The notes under the pieces: model-generated
The model's database searches: none
What the model was told of the DNA's origin: nothing
The model's input: only the letters and a program-made list of their open reading frames with translations
Virus record (IMG/VR): IMGVR_UViG_3300012990_000006
Span: 1-40,255 of that record
DNA: 40,255 nucleotides
Reading direction: 5' to 3' (one strand)
Source of the DNA: a virus
Lineage: Duplodnaviria; Caudoviricetes
Shown: positions 1-8,260 of the stretch, piece by piece
How positions within the stretch are numbered: the stretch's first letter is position 1
Layout of the letters: every line of letters begins with the position of its first letter
Position numbers and translations under genes: made by a program

Positions 1-82
1 CACCCGGGGTGGGGCACGCGGCCGGCGGACGATCAAGCCCCGTCAGCCCCGCCCACGGCCTCGCCAGCCCATCACAGACCGA

Positions 83-526
83 TCATCGTTCGTTGATCGG
101 TTCGTTATCCAGCGTGATCGGGTCCACCTTGACCGTCTTGACCGCCTCGAGATGCAGTTGGCCCAGGTTCAGGTTGACCTGAACGCCCTTGCTGTCGCCG
201 TATCTGGCCGCGTCCCACTTGCCGGCCAGCCAGCGCCTCACGTCTGTGCGCAGCCTGGCCTTCTGGATCTCCTCGACCGCGGCGTCGTCCGCGATCGCCA
301 GCGTCTGGGTGGCCAGCAGGTCGGCTGCTCGCGTGCGCGCACGGGTGAAGGCCGCGCTGTTCTCTGCGTCGTCCAGCCACCTGTTGATCGATCCTCGAGG
401 TATCTGCAGTTGTCCTGCGATTGCGTCCATGCTCAGACCCTGCTCCGCGAGTTCGAGAAGTCTTTCCTTACCCGACTCACCAGCCAGCACTGTCAGCCCG
501 TTGCGTGTCTTCTTCTGTCCAGCCAT
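83..526 (-). CDS. terS: Terminase small subunit (Sf6/P22-like, HTH-containing)
   Basis: Likely start MAGQKK at 526. N-terminal HTH (GLSMDAIAGQLQIPRGSINRWL) followed by ARTRAADLLA...KARLRTDVRRWLAGKWD..YGD, a pattern typical of Sf6-like TerS. Lies upstream of terL across the circular junction. Confidence 0.75.
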   Translation of the reverse strand: MAGQKKTRNGLTVLAGESGKERLLELAEQGLSMDAIAGQLQIPRGSINRWLDDAENSAAFTRARTRAADLLATQTLAIADDAAVEEIQKARLRTDVRRWLAGKWDAARYGDSKGVQVNLNLGQLHLEAVKTVKVDPITLDNEPINER

Positions 527-585
527 TGCCCTGCCCCTTTCATGTCGTTTGCCCGTCTCCCACAGCCCCTCTTTGTCGTCTTCCC

Positions 586-770
586 TGAAGGTTTGAAGGA
601 TGAAGGGTTGTCCAGAAACTCTTTTTCCACATGCATGCGTATGCGTATGTGTGTGTGATTGTCTATTTCGTCTCTCTAATCCTTCTAATCCTTCAAAGGC
701 TAGGAAAATCAAAGACTTAACTATTCGTAGTACTATTCAGTAATGCTTCTTATTTTTCCAATAACCTTCA
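586..770. other. Putative replication origin (inverted iteron-like arrays flanking an alternating purine/pyrimidine tract)
   Basis: TGAAGG at 586, 594 and 601. Inverse CCTTC(T/A) at 681, 690 and 765, with TAATCCTTC tandem at 677-694. Perfect RY alternation 628-657. AT-rich and apparently non-coding. The genome encodes a P4-type primase-helicase. Confidence 0.5.
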
Positions 771-873
771 TAGAGAAATGAGGCATTTTATGACTGCTGT
801 ATCTCTCCTATTCCCACTTTATCATTGTCTGTCCCCACCATCTTTCTGCCCCTTACGTTCAATGCTTACGGTA

Positions 874-905
874 TGGTATATTCATGCTTCTAAATTCTAT
901 GGAGG
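874..905 (+). promoter_or_regulatory. Extended -10 promoter and RBS for the + strand gene at 910
   Basis: TG-G-TATATT at 874-882; GGAGG at 901-905, 4 nt before ATG 910. Confidence 0.45.
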
Positions 906-909
906 TTTT

Positions 910-1167
910 ATGATCACTATTGACAAGAACGTGCCCGTCCCCGAGACAACATACAGCGACTTGCACCACCGATCTCGCTACCCATTTCCGCTCATGGAAG
1001 TAGGCGACTCGTTCGCCATCGAACCGGGCGAGGGAGAGACAATCGCACGCTGTGCCAAGCGTCTCTACAGCGCATCTCGCCAGGCATCGAACCGCCTGTT
1101 CCGCAACCCATACGCCTTTCTCGTCAAGAGCGAAGGCAACGGCGCTCGCTGCTGGCGAGTGCGGTAG
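910..1167 (+). CDS. Small conserved phage protein, probably DNA-binding
   Basis: MITIDKNVPVP...RYPFPLMEVGDSF...RCWRV is a recurrent small phage protein pattern; strong RBS. Confidence 0.7.
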   Translation: MITIDKNVPVPETTYSDLHHRSRYPFPLMEVGDSFAIEPGEGETIARCAKRLYSASRQASNRLFRNPYAFLVKSEGNGARCWRVR

Positions 1168-1176
1168 ACCGGATGC

Positions 1177-1205
1177 GGCCGGGTTCAACTGAGCCCGGCC
1201 CTTTT
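1177..1205 (+). terminator. Intrinsic terminator after the 910-1167 gene
   Basis: GGCCGGGTTCA-AC-TGAGCCCGGCC hairpin followed by CTTTT. Confidence 0.55.
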
Positions 1206-1394
1206 CCTAGCTTCAGCTACCCGATCGTAGTCGTCCCTGCACTCGGACGAGCAAAACAGCATCGTCTCGGGCAGCCCCTCCTCACAGAACCAGCAACGGC
1301 CAATTGGCCTCAAATTGCTCCGTCGCCGGTTATCAAAGGCGGTCCTGATGCTCATCTCTATCTGTGCCTGCGCCAGATCTGCTTCGTCTGCCAT
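1185..1394 (-). CDS. TraR/DksA-like C4 zinc-finger protein
   Basis: MADEADLAQ carries the DxxDxA motif at the N-terminus as in TraR; CWFC...FCSSEC zinc ligands; 69 aa. Confidence 0.65.
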   Translation of the reverse strand: MADEADLAQAQIEMSIRTAFDNRRRSNLRPIGRCWFCEEGLPETMLFCSSECRDDYDRVAEARKRAGLS

Positions 1395-1396
1395 GC

Positions 1397-1639
1397 CTAC
1401 TTCCCCCCTGCCAATGTGAGTGCCGCACGATGGATGCGGGCGTTGAACCAGCGCCTGATCGCGTAGGATCTGGCGACCGAAATGATCGTGTAGATTGCAC
1501 CCAGGCCGAGATTTTCCATCAGGCTTATCTGCCACCCGAAGATCGGAAAGATGATCAGGTTGGCGATAAAGTTGATGGAAAATCCTATCAGGACGTTGAT
1601 CCACGCCTCGATGAACGAGCCCAGCCGGGACTGGCTCAT
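1397..1639 (-). CDS. Small two-TM membrane protein (conserved phage family)
   Basis: MSQSRLGSFIEAWINVLIG...ISVARSYAIRRWFN; ATGA overlap with the upstream gene. Confidence 0.7.
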   Translation of the reverse strand: MSQSRLGSFIEAWINVLIGFSINFIANLIIFPIFGWQISLMENLGLGAIYTIISVARSYAIRRWFNARIHRAALTLAGGK

Positions 1640-2088
1640 GTCTCGTCCTCGATCGTGTAGTGGCGCGGATTGGCCCCTGCGTGCTTCTCGAGGATCTCGG
1701 CCGAGCGCGCGTTCAATTGGGCGTAAAAGGGCTTGGATTTGGGTGGCCGGTCGTCCGTCCACATGTCCTGATGCATCGCGTCACGCAGGACCGTCATGCA
1801 GGCGAGCAGCTTCGTGATGTGGCTCATGCCCGAGTCTGGATCTTCGTCCTCGCCCTCCCACCAGGCGATCAGGTGGCGAAGCGCCGCGTCGTAGTAGACA
1901 GAGGCGCGGACGCCCGCTGCCCGATAGTTGTGGCGGCCGTACTTGCTTGCCCCCTCGAGCATGGCCACGCCGATCTCGGCCAGGACATTGCCCGGGACAG
2001 TCGAGAGCGGAGCCTTCCTGATGCCGATGGCGTCCTTTGGGTTGGTGTCCTTCTTGTCGATCTTGTCGGCAGTTGTTTTCTTCTTCAT
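1636..2088 (-). CDS. dATP/dGTP diphosphohydrolase-domain protein (DUF5664-like)
   Basis: NPKDAIG..K..L..VP, GASKYGRHNYR, VYYDAALRHL..WWEGED.DPDSG.SH pattern. Confidence 0.8.
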   Translation of the reverse strand: MKKKTTADKIDKKDTNPKDAIGIRKAPLSTVPGNVLAEIGVAMLEGASKYGRHNYRAAGVRASVYYDAALRHLIAWWEGEDEDPDSGMSHITKLLACMTVLRDAMHQDMWTDDRPPKSKPFYAQLNARSAEILEKHAGANPRHYTIEDET

Positions 2089-2096
2089 ACGTTTCC

Positions 2097-2318
2097 TTAG
2101 ATGATCAGGGCCATGATGCCGGCCGCGTACATGACGACAGCCGCCGCCTCGACGAGGACGAGCGGCGTGTCACGCTGCAGCCAGCCGGCCACAGCCCACA
2201 AACCCGACCCGACCAAACCCAGAATGATGTTGGCCGGGTAGATGTTGAACGATGTCAGCCCAATGCCCACGAGGCAGAGCGTCGTGCCCGCCCACTTAAT
2301 CGCCAGCGGCTTTGGCAT
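2097..2318 (-). CDS. Small multi-TM membrane protein
   Basis: 73 aa, about three hydrophobic segments (KWAGT...NIYP.N...LW...G...D..L). Confidence 0.65.
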   Translation of the reverse strand: MPKPLAIKWAGTTLCLVGIGLTSFNIYPANIILGLVGSGLWAVAGWLQRDTPLVLVEAAAVVMYAAGIMALII

Positions 2319-2496
2319 ATGTCCTTTTCTGTTCCTCGATCAGCGTCTCCCTGATCGTCTCTGCCCGGGCCTCCATGCGCGCCCACTCCATGACCAGGCG
2401 CAGTTGGTCGAGGTTGCCGACCACGGCCGTGCGGCCCACGTCCATGCCGTAGTCCGTGGCCACCCTCTTGATGAGTTCGTTCGTGAGTTCGCGCAT
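2296..2496 (-). CDS. Hypothetical protein
   Basis: MRELTNELIKRVATDYG...; fits tight operon packing. Confidence 0.5.
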   Translation of the reverse strand: MRELTNELIKRVATDYGMDVGRTAVVGNLDQLRLVMEWARMEARAETIRETLIEEQKRTYAKAAGD

Positions 2497-2498
2497 GA

Positions 2499-2681
2499 TC
2501 AGAACACTCCGAGCCAGATGCCGGTGCCGTGGATCCAGGCGATCGGGAACAGGATCGCGCCGGCAATGAGAAAGCCCCACGAGCCCGTGTAGAGGCACAC
2601 GACAATGTGCGTGAGCCATGATGTGAATACCCAGACGACAAGAAGAAAAGCGCCCAGTGTTGATCCCATTTCAGTCTTCAT
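2499..2681 (-). CDS. Small two-TM membrane protein
   Basis: 60 aa hydrophobic, WLTHIVVC...AILFPIAWIHGTGIW; ATGA overlap. Confidence 0.6.
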   Translation of the reverse strand: MKTEMGSTLGAFLLVVWVFTSWLTHIVVCLYTGSWGFLIAGAILFPIAWIHGTGIWLGVF

Positions 2682-2854
2682 TTGCTGTCCCCCATTTGTT
2701 CGTCGATTGCGTCGTCGATGTCCTTTGCGTTCTCAAACCAGTACTTCTTGCCTGGCGGCCTGATGTAGATGCCGGCAATTGACGGGTTGTCCTTTATGGC
2801 CTGCTCCAGGGCCAGACGCAGAAAGCGGTAGCGCCGCGCGTCCTGCTCGATCAT
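2678..2854 (-). CDS. Hypothetical phage protein
   Basis: DARRYRFLR...IDDAIDEQM pattern common in phage proteins; ATGA overlap at 2851-2854. Confidence 0.55.
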   Translation of the reverse strand: MIEQDARRYRFLRLALEQAIKDNPSIAGIYIRPPGKKYWFENAKDIDDAIDEQMGDSK

Positions 2855-3141
2855 TTCAGCCTGCCCTGTCTGTCCGTGTACTGACACATCCAGCGCCGCG
2901 CCTCGGCCACTTTGGATGGCTTGTCGTCGAACCAGTAGAGCATGCAGGACTGGTCCCGGTGCTGGGCAAACATCTTGACCTGATGCTTGTAGTGCAGGGC
3001 GTACTTGTTCTGGGCTTCTTCATAGCCGGCGCTGTATGCCGCCCTGACCGAGTACTTCGAAACGGCAAAGCCGATTACGGCACCCGCCAGCAGCCACATC
3101 AGGGCGCTCTTTGCCCGCTTGCTTGGTTCGGTAGTCGTCAT
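2851..3141 (-). CDS. Hypothetical membrane-anchored protein
   Basis: N-terminal TM segment; ATGA overlaps on both sides. Confidence 0.55.
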   Translation of the reverse strand: MTTTEPSKRAKSALMWLLAGAVIGFAVSKYSVRAAYSAGYEEAQNKYALHYKHQVKMFAQHRDQSCMLYWFDDKPSKVAEARRWMCQYTDRQGRLK

Positions 3142-3587
3142 GCGGATTTTCTCCTTCTTCTTGGTTTTGTGATTTCAGGCAGCTTCCAGACATCGATCTC
3201 GCCCCCCGTGCCGGGGTCGAATTCGGCGGCGATGGCCACCGCCTCCTTGGGACTCAGGCCAAGACGCATGGCCGCAAGCGCATACGGCGCGCCAGATCCG
3301 ATGGCGTAGAACTGGTTCTTGATCTTCACGGCAGTGAGGATGCCCTCGTAGACGTAGATTCCGTCTGGCCTCAACTCGATTGCCTCAATGTCCAGATCGT
3401 CGTCGGCTTCGCCGCCCTTGTCCGTCAATTCGTGAAATTTGATGCACTTGTCCCAGTCGCCGGCCGCACCGCGGCAGTAGTCCTCGCCAAATCTCAGCTT
3501 CGGCACCAGATAGTGGCTGCTGTCGTCCGAGCATTTAGAGTCGGCTGCGATTTCCCTGAACTTCATTGATGCGGCAACGGTTGTCAT
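3138..3587 (-). CDS. Ntn-hydrolase (proteasome beta/HslV-like) peptidase
   Basis: M-TTVAA start (Thr1 nucleophile after Met removal), AADS, a Lys near position 30, AIGSG..ALAAM..G...EAV..A...D..TGG. Confidence 0.75.
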   Translation of the reverse strand: MTTVAASMKFREIAADSKCSDDSSHYLVPKLRFGEDYCRGAAGDWDKCIKFHELTDKGGEADDDLDIEAIELRPDGIYVYEGILTAVKIKNQFYAIGSGAPYALAAMRLGLSPKEAVAIAAEFDPGTGGEIDVWKLPEITKPRRRRKSA

Positions 3588-3590
3588 CAC

Positions 3591-3887
3591 TCACCACCTG
3601 TCGGGTAAAAAGTTGTTGTCTTCGTTCCACCAGTCGTTTGCTTCCTTGTCCCGGCGGCGCTTCTCGATCTCGTCGCGGGCCTTCTTGCGAGCGATGGTCT
3701 TCTCCCTGGCCCGTGAGATGCTTGGAGCCTTCTCGACCTTGGGCTTGCGCGGTGCGCGCTCTGGCTCACTCTCGAGAAGCGTCTCTTCGGTCTTGAATCT
3801 TGTCTTGCACGTCATGCACTCACGACGGCGAACGGTGCCGCGCGTCTCGAGAACATGCGTATTGCCACCGCATTTAATGCACTTCAT
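3591..3887 (-). CDS. NrdR-like zinc-ribbon protein
   Basis: MKCIKCG...VLETR...RRRECMTCKTRFKTEE; no ATP cone. Confidence 0.7.
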   Translation of the reverse strand: MKCIKCGGNTHVLETRGTVRRRECMTCKTRFKTEETLLESEPERAPRKPKVEKAPSISRAREKTIARKKARDEIEKRRRDKEANDWWNEDNNFLPDRW

Positions 3888-6261
3888 TTGTTGCCCTCCT
3901 TTTCTCTGAAGGATTGACCCCGAATTCTCCCGGGTTGTGGATCAGTTCAACGCCAATGAAACCCATGCGGCCGGCGATGGGATCTCGCCACTTCTGAAAG
4001 CCGCGGTCCTTGAGTGCTGTCGAGAGCCTCTTCATGCTGCCTGCGTACTCGCCATTCTCGCCGCACCATTCGCGCCAGTCGTCATACAGGCTGGACGAAA
4101 GCACCGTGCCGCCCCCGATGACGTGACAGCGCTCCTTGATCCAGCGCCCGAGTGCGTCCTCGTCTTCGAAGTATTCCTCGGTGGCCACCAAGACCTCGAG
4201 CGGTGGCGTCAGTCCCTCGAGTTGCCACTTCAGGCAGCCCTCGATCAGCCAGGCCAGGATCTGTGGCCACTCGCCGCGCAGCGTGTCCGTGAGGAAGGGA
4301 TCGGGCTTGGCCGGCTTTGTCGTGAACGGGACAAGGTGCAGGCGTCGGCGGATGCCTTCGTCCACGTTGCGCAGTTCAGGCTTGTGGTTGCCCAGGAAAT
4401 TCAGTTTGAAGGCCGGCATGAACGTGAACTCGTCCCGGTGCATGAAGCGCGCCGTGATCGGCTCGCCGCCCGTGAGTTCCTTGATGCGGCTCTCGTTCCA
4501 CCGCTTTCCGCCCTGTGTCTCGGACGCGAAGACAAAACGAGCCCCTCTCAAACGAGCCAGTTCCGTGGGGTGCCGGTCAGAGTTCGAGGCAGTAAATGTC
4601 TCCATTGTAGTCTTTGATGCGTAATCCCCCAAGATGCCGGCGATCGTGTTGACCAGGACAGACTTGCCGTTGCCGCCCGAGCCGTGCATGAAGACGATGT
4701 TCTGCTCGATCGTCTGGCCCGTCAGGCAGTAGCCGAAATACTTCTGCAGGTAGGCCACCACCTCTTCGTTGTGGGCCTGCGTCTCGCTCAGAAATGTCAG
4801 GAAGCGCTCCGGCTTTTTGGTGAAGTCAGGCGTCACGGCCGTGCGCTTCATAAACAACTCGCCCGGGAGCCGATCACGAAAAATGCCGCTCTTTAGGTCG
4901 ATGACACCCGCCGCAGTGTTGAGCAGCATCGGATCTGCATCGAACTGTTCGGCGCGCACGGCAATGCGGCTGTCGGCCTTGGCGTAGTTCACACACGATG
5001 ATCGTGCGGCCGTGGACGCCAGTGAGAGCGAGATACGATCGACCTTGCTTGCGTTGAAGTCGGTGCGCTGCAGAACCTCGTTGGATGCCGCGGCGAGCAA
5101 CTGGCCAGACCAGTCGTGGACGCGCAGCGTCTCGTCTGGAGACCAGCGCGTCTCGTCCCACACCAGCCAGCCGCCCATCGCCTCGCAGTACTTGATCTCG
5201 TGGCCGTGGGACTTGATCAGGCGCGATGCCATTGCCCGGTCCGAGTACTCTGGCGGTGCCAGGCCGGAGACGGCCGCCGGCTGCTTTTCTTCCGTTACAT
5301 CGAATTCTGTGGCTGCGTCGTTGTAGCCGTACCGGCGCGCCTTCTGCGCCAGGTAGTCCCAGCCGATGCGAAACGGGCTCTTCATCCTGGCCCAGTCCAG
5401 TTCCACGGCCTTGGCGTTGTTCTCGCCATGCTCCCAGCGGCTGGCCCACTCCTTGAAGATCTTGAGCCCGTCAGACAGATTGCCGCGGCATGCGCCCTTG
5501 ATGGCGATGCCCACCTCGACATACTCGTCGTAGGATGGGGCGTCGTTCGGGATCAGCCCCACAGCGTCCTCCAGAGCCTCCAGAGACGGTGCCCAGAGCG
5601 ACTCCTGGGGTACGTTACCCCTGTCGGTCGGAACGGCTCCTGCGCCCTCTCGTTCGCATTTGACGCCAAGGAACTCCAGTTCGGCCTGGATGGCGTCGAG
5701 CAATGCAAGTGCATTGTCCTTCGTGATGACGGTCAACTCGTCTGGGCTGGCCGGGAACTTGTCCCACTCGTAGGGCTTTCTGGTGCCGGGGTGGATCCCG
5801 CCGATCACATACTGCTGGCCGACGCCAAGGATCTCGACCAGGTGGCGCTGGCTCTCGTACTCCAGCCACAGACGCAACCGCCCGAAGGGCTCCGTCGCGC
5901 GGAACATCAGCAAGACCTTCGGATACCTGCCGACCCGACGAGGCGCTTTGCCGAGTTTCTGGATGGTGACGCGCTCGATGATCGATGTCAGTGATGCGTC
6001 TGTGCAGTCGATGTCGATGGCCGGGAATCGGTCGGCCTTCAGTCCGATATTTGCGGCGGTTGATTCCATTTTCTCCGCATCGGCGGCGGTGCATGGCGCT
6101 GCCTGCCACGGGTAGCCGGCCCAGCCGCTTGGCCCCTGCCTGCCGGGTGCCTTGCCCTGCGATTCCGGCTTGACCTTCGACAGCGGGGAAAGCGTGACCC
6201 CTGGCGGTATCACGGAGACAAGGTCGGTAAAGCCGGAAGTGAACAGTTCGGTAGCTTTCAT
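3874..6261 (-). CDS. Bifunctional primase-polymerase / PriCT-2 / P4-family (D5-like SF3) helicase
   Basis: NIGL...AIDID Prim-Pol motif, PriCT-like YDEYVEVGIAIK..WAS, D5_N GWLVWDETRW, Walker A GSGGNGKS, IKELTGGEPITARF, NHKP, RRLHLVPF. Confidence 0.92.
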   Translation of the reverse strand: MKATELFTSGFTDLVSVIPPGVTLSPLSKVKPESQGKAPGRQGPSGWAGYPWQAAPCTAADAEKMESTAANIGLKADRFPAIDIDCTDASLTSIIERVTIQKLGKAPRRVGRYPKVLLMFRATEPFGRLRLWLEYESQRHLVEILGVGQQYVIGGIHPGTRKPYEWDKFPASPDELTVITKDNALALLDAIQAELEFLGVKCEREGAGAVPTDRGNVPQESLWAPSLEALEDAVGLIPNDAPSYDEYVEVGIAIKGACRGNLSDGLKIFKEWASRWEHGENNAKAVELDWARMKSPFRIGWDYLAQKARRYGYNDAATEFDVTEEKQPAAVSGLAPPEYSDRAMASRLIKSHGHEIKYCEAMGGWLVWDETRWSPDETLRVHDWSGQLLAAASNEVLQRTDFNASKVDRISLSLASTAARSSCVNYAKADSRIAVRAEQFDADPMLLNTAAGVIDLKSGIFRDRLPGELFMKRTAVTPDFTKKPERFLTFLSETQAHNEEVVAYLQKYFGYCLTGQTIEQNIVFMHGSGGNGKSVLVNTIAGILGDYASKTTMETFTASNSDRHPTELARLRGARFVFASETQGGKRWNESRIKELTGGEPITARFMHRDEFTFMPAFKLNFLGNHKPELRNVDEGIRRRLHLVPFTTKPAKPDPFLTDTLRGEWPQILAWLIEGCLKWQLEGLTPPLEVLVATEEYFEDEDALGRWIKERCHVIGGGTVLSSSLYDDWREWCGENGEYAGSMKRLSTALKDRGFQKWRDPIAGRMGFIGVELIHNPGEFGVNPSEKRRATNEVH

Positions 6262-6274
6262 GTTTCGTCAGATT

Positions 6275-6298
6275 CTCCTGTGTGGTTTTAGGATTATA
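6275..6298 (-). promoter_or_regulatory. Possible -10 box and RBS upstream of primase
   Basis: TATAAT (complement at 6293-6298) and AGGAG upstream of ATG 6261; no convincing -35. Confidence 0.35.
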
Positions 6299-6304
6299 TG
6301 CCCA

Positions 6305-8260
6305 TTATTTGCGGAAGCGGAACCCCTCCCAACCCTCGGCATTAAGCGGTAACCCTTCGGCCCACTCAGGTATTTCCTGCATGATCTTCTCAAGATCGTG
6401 CGCACTGCCCTCTGATTCGGGCAACTCACAAACGACCTCGTCATGCACCGAGAGAACTACCGGGAAGCCTCGGGCTTCAGCGCGAAGCATCGCATCGACC
6501 AAAACGTCGCGCGCTATGGCCTGGACGGCGTTTTCTGCCAGAAGGCCGGAGTATAGATCGTATGGCTGCCACTTGCGTGTGACGCTGTTGGTGCCGTAGA
6601 CGCGCACGGCCTGCTGCGTCGTGCCCCAGGGTGTGTCGCGCTCGACCACCGTCGGGCTGGAGTAGCAGAGCAGCCTCTCGGACGGCAGGCGCATCCAGAG
6701 GTATCCATCCTTGCACATGAAGCGGATGCGGCCGCCGGCCGTGATCTGTCGTGTGCCTGGCTCGAGACACGCCTGCAGCGCGGCCTTCTCAAGCGAGCGC
6801 CACAACTCCACGATCGCGACATTCGATCCGCGATAGAGATCCACCACCTTCTTGGAATCTTCTGGCGTGATGTCGATGTCGGCCATCGTCTTGCATGCAT
6901 CCACGAACTTCTTCGCGCCCATGCCGTAGCCCAGGCCGAGAATGGCCATCTTGCCCATCTGGCGCTGCGTCTTGCTGATCTCTTCGACAGGCGTCTTGTA
7001 GATCTTGGACGCCATCACCTTGTAGACATCGCCATTGCTGGCGAACGTCGCGAGCAGATCCTTCTCACCTGCAAGCCACGCCAGCACACGCGCCTCGATC
7101 GCGCTGAAATCAGCCGCCACGAGTTTGTGACCCGGCGCAGCCGTGAGCATTGCGCGCAGCATGGACGACACCACCTCGAGCGGCGGGTGGTGCAGATCGA
7201 TCTCGTGCATCGATCGAGACAGCACCATCGGGATGTAGTCTTCAGGATTGGAGACGTTGCCTCTGGGAAAATTCTGCGGCTGCACGAGACGCCCAGCCCA
7301 GCGGCCAGTCGATGCGCCGTGATAGAGAAGCATGCCCCTGATCCGATCGTCTCGGCATGCCGCCTCGAACATGGCCTCGATCTTGGCCACGCTCGACTTG
7401 CCTGCCTCTTCACGGATCTTGAGCGCCTCGAGAACATCGGCCGGCAGATCAGTCTTCTGCAGTTCGCGCACCACCTGCTTGGTGATGCTGTTCGTGTCCA
7501 CGCCACGGCTTTGCAGCCAGCGCGTGAAGTCGCCCACAGCCGTCACGGCCGGCACTTCGCCGTTGGTGATCTCTCTCAGTCTTTCGTTTGCGGCCTCGAG
7601 CGCCTTGGTTGCGACGTCGCGTGCCGCGCTGGCAAGTTCCCTGTCAAAGCGCACGCCTCGATCGTTGATTCTCTGATCGAGAATGAAGACGGCGCGCTCC
7701 TTGTCATCGAGCGGGCGCACCTTTGTCAGGACGGCCATCTCTGTGCGGACATCCTGAAGACAGTACTGCGAGAGGCGGTGGACGCGATCGGGAACATCCC
7801 ACCAGACAGGCTTGCCGTCGGGGCCGTAGGACCGTGGCCTGGCCATGCGAAGCATCAGGTTCTGGCCGTCTGTGTCCTTCTGCTGATCGACGCGCAGCGC
7901 AGCCGCTGCCTCGCCCAGGGAGCCGGGCAGGGCCATTGCGCGCACTTCGGCCGCGGTGCAGTACCACTGCTCGATCGTCGTCTGTGGCCAGCCGTAGCGG
8001 GCCGACATGATCTCGTTCCAGATGACGCGCTCGAACTGGGCATTGAATGCGCGAAGCGCCTTGCCTTCAGTGATCCACTGGATCAGGCGCTCGTCGTTGT
8101 CGTTGCCCGGTCGCCACAGCTGTGGCTCTTCCCCCGGGAATGCATAGCCGACGCACCAAATGTCTGTCGTCTCATGCTGGGCATACGGATAGACGCCAGT
8201 GCGTCTTAGATCGATCGTTGAGCGCGTCTCGAAATCGACGCTGACGTAATCGGTATTCAC
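6305..8260 (-). CDS. polA: Phage DNA polymerase, family A
   Basis: Exonuclease DFETRS and FNAQFER; TGRWAG..VQPQN; motif A ADFSAIEAR; motif B RQMGKMAILGLGYG; ENAVQAIARD; motif C VHDE. Confidence 0.95.
   Translation of the reverse strand: MNTDYVSVDFETRSTIDLRRTGVYPYAQHETTDIWCVGYAFPGEEPQLWRPGNDNDERLIQWITEGKALRAFNAQFERVIWNEIMSARYGWPQTTIEQWYCTAAEVRAMALPGSLGEAAAALRVDQQKDTDGQNLMLRMARPRSYGPDGKPVWWDVPDRVHRLSQYCLQDVRTEMAVLTKVRPLDDKERAVFILDQRINDRGVRFDRELASAARDVATKALEAANERLREITNGEVPAVTAVGDFTRWLQSRGVDTNSITKQVVRELQKTDLPADVLEALKIREEAGKSSVAKIEAMFEAACRDDRIRGMLLYHGASTGRWAGRLVQPQNFPRGNVSNPEDYIPMVLSRSMHEIDLHHPPLEVVSSMLRAMLTAAPGHKLVAADFSAIEARVLAWLAGEKDLLATFASNGDVYKVMASKIYKTPVEEISKTQRQMGKMAILGLGYGMGAKKFVDACKTMADIDITPEDSKKVVDLYRGSNVAIVELWRSLEKAALQACLEPGTRQITAGGRIRFMCKDGYLWMRLPSERLLCYSSPTVVERDTPWGTTQQAVRVYGTNSVTRKWQPYDLYSGLLAENAVQAIARDVLVDAMLRAEARGFPVVLSVHDEVVCELPESEGSAHDLEKIMQEIPEWAEGLPLNAEGWEGFRFRK

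Noticed and set aside
527-712. N-terminal extension of the 83-712 ORF (HTHTHTH run)
   Set aside because: It is a translation of the non-coding repeat/RY region; the TerS-like sequence begins at ATG 526.
1636-8260. Z-genome (2-aminoadenine) pathway
   Set aside because: No PurZ or HD-domain dATPase recognised in the window.
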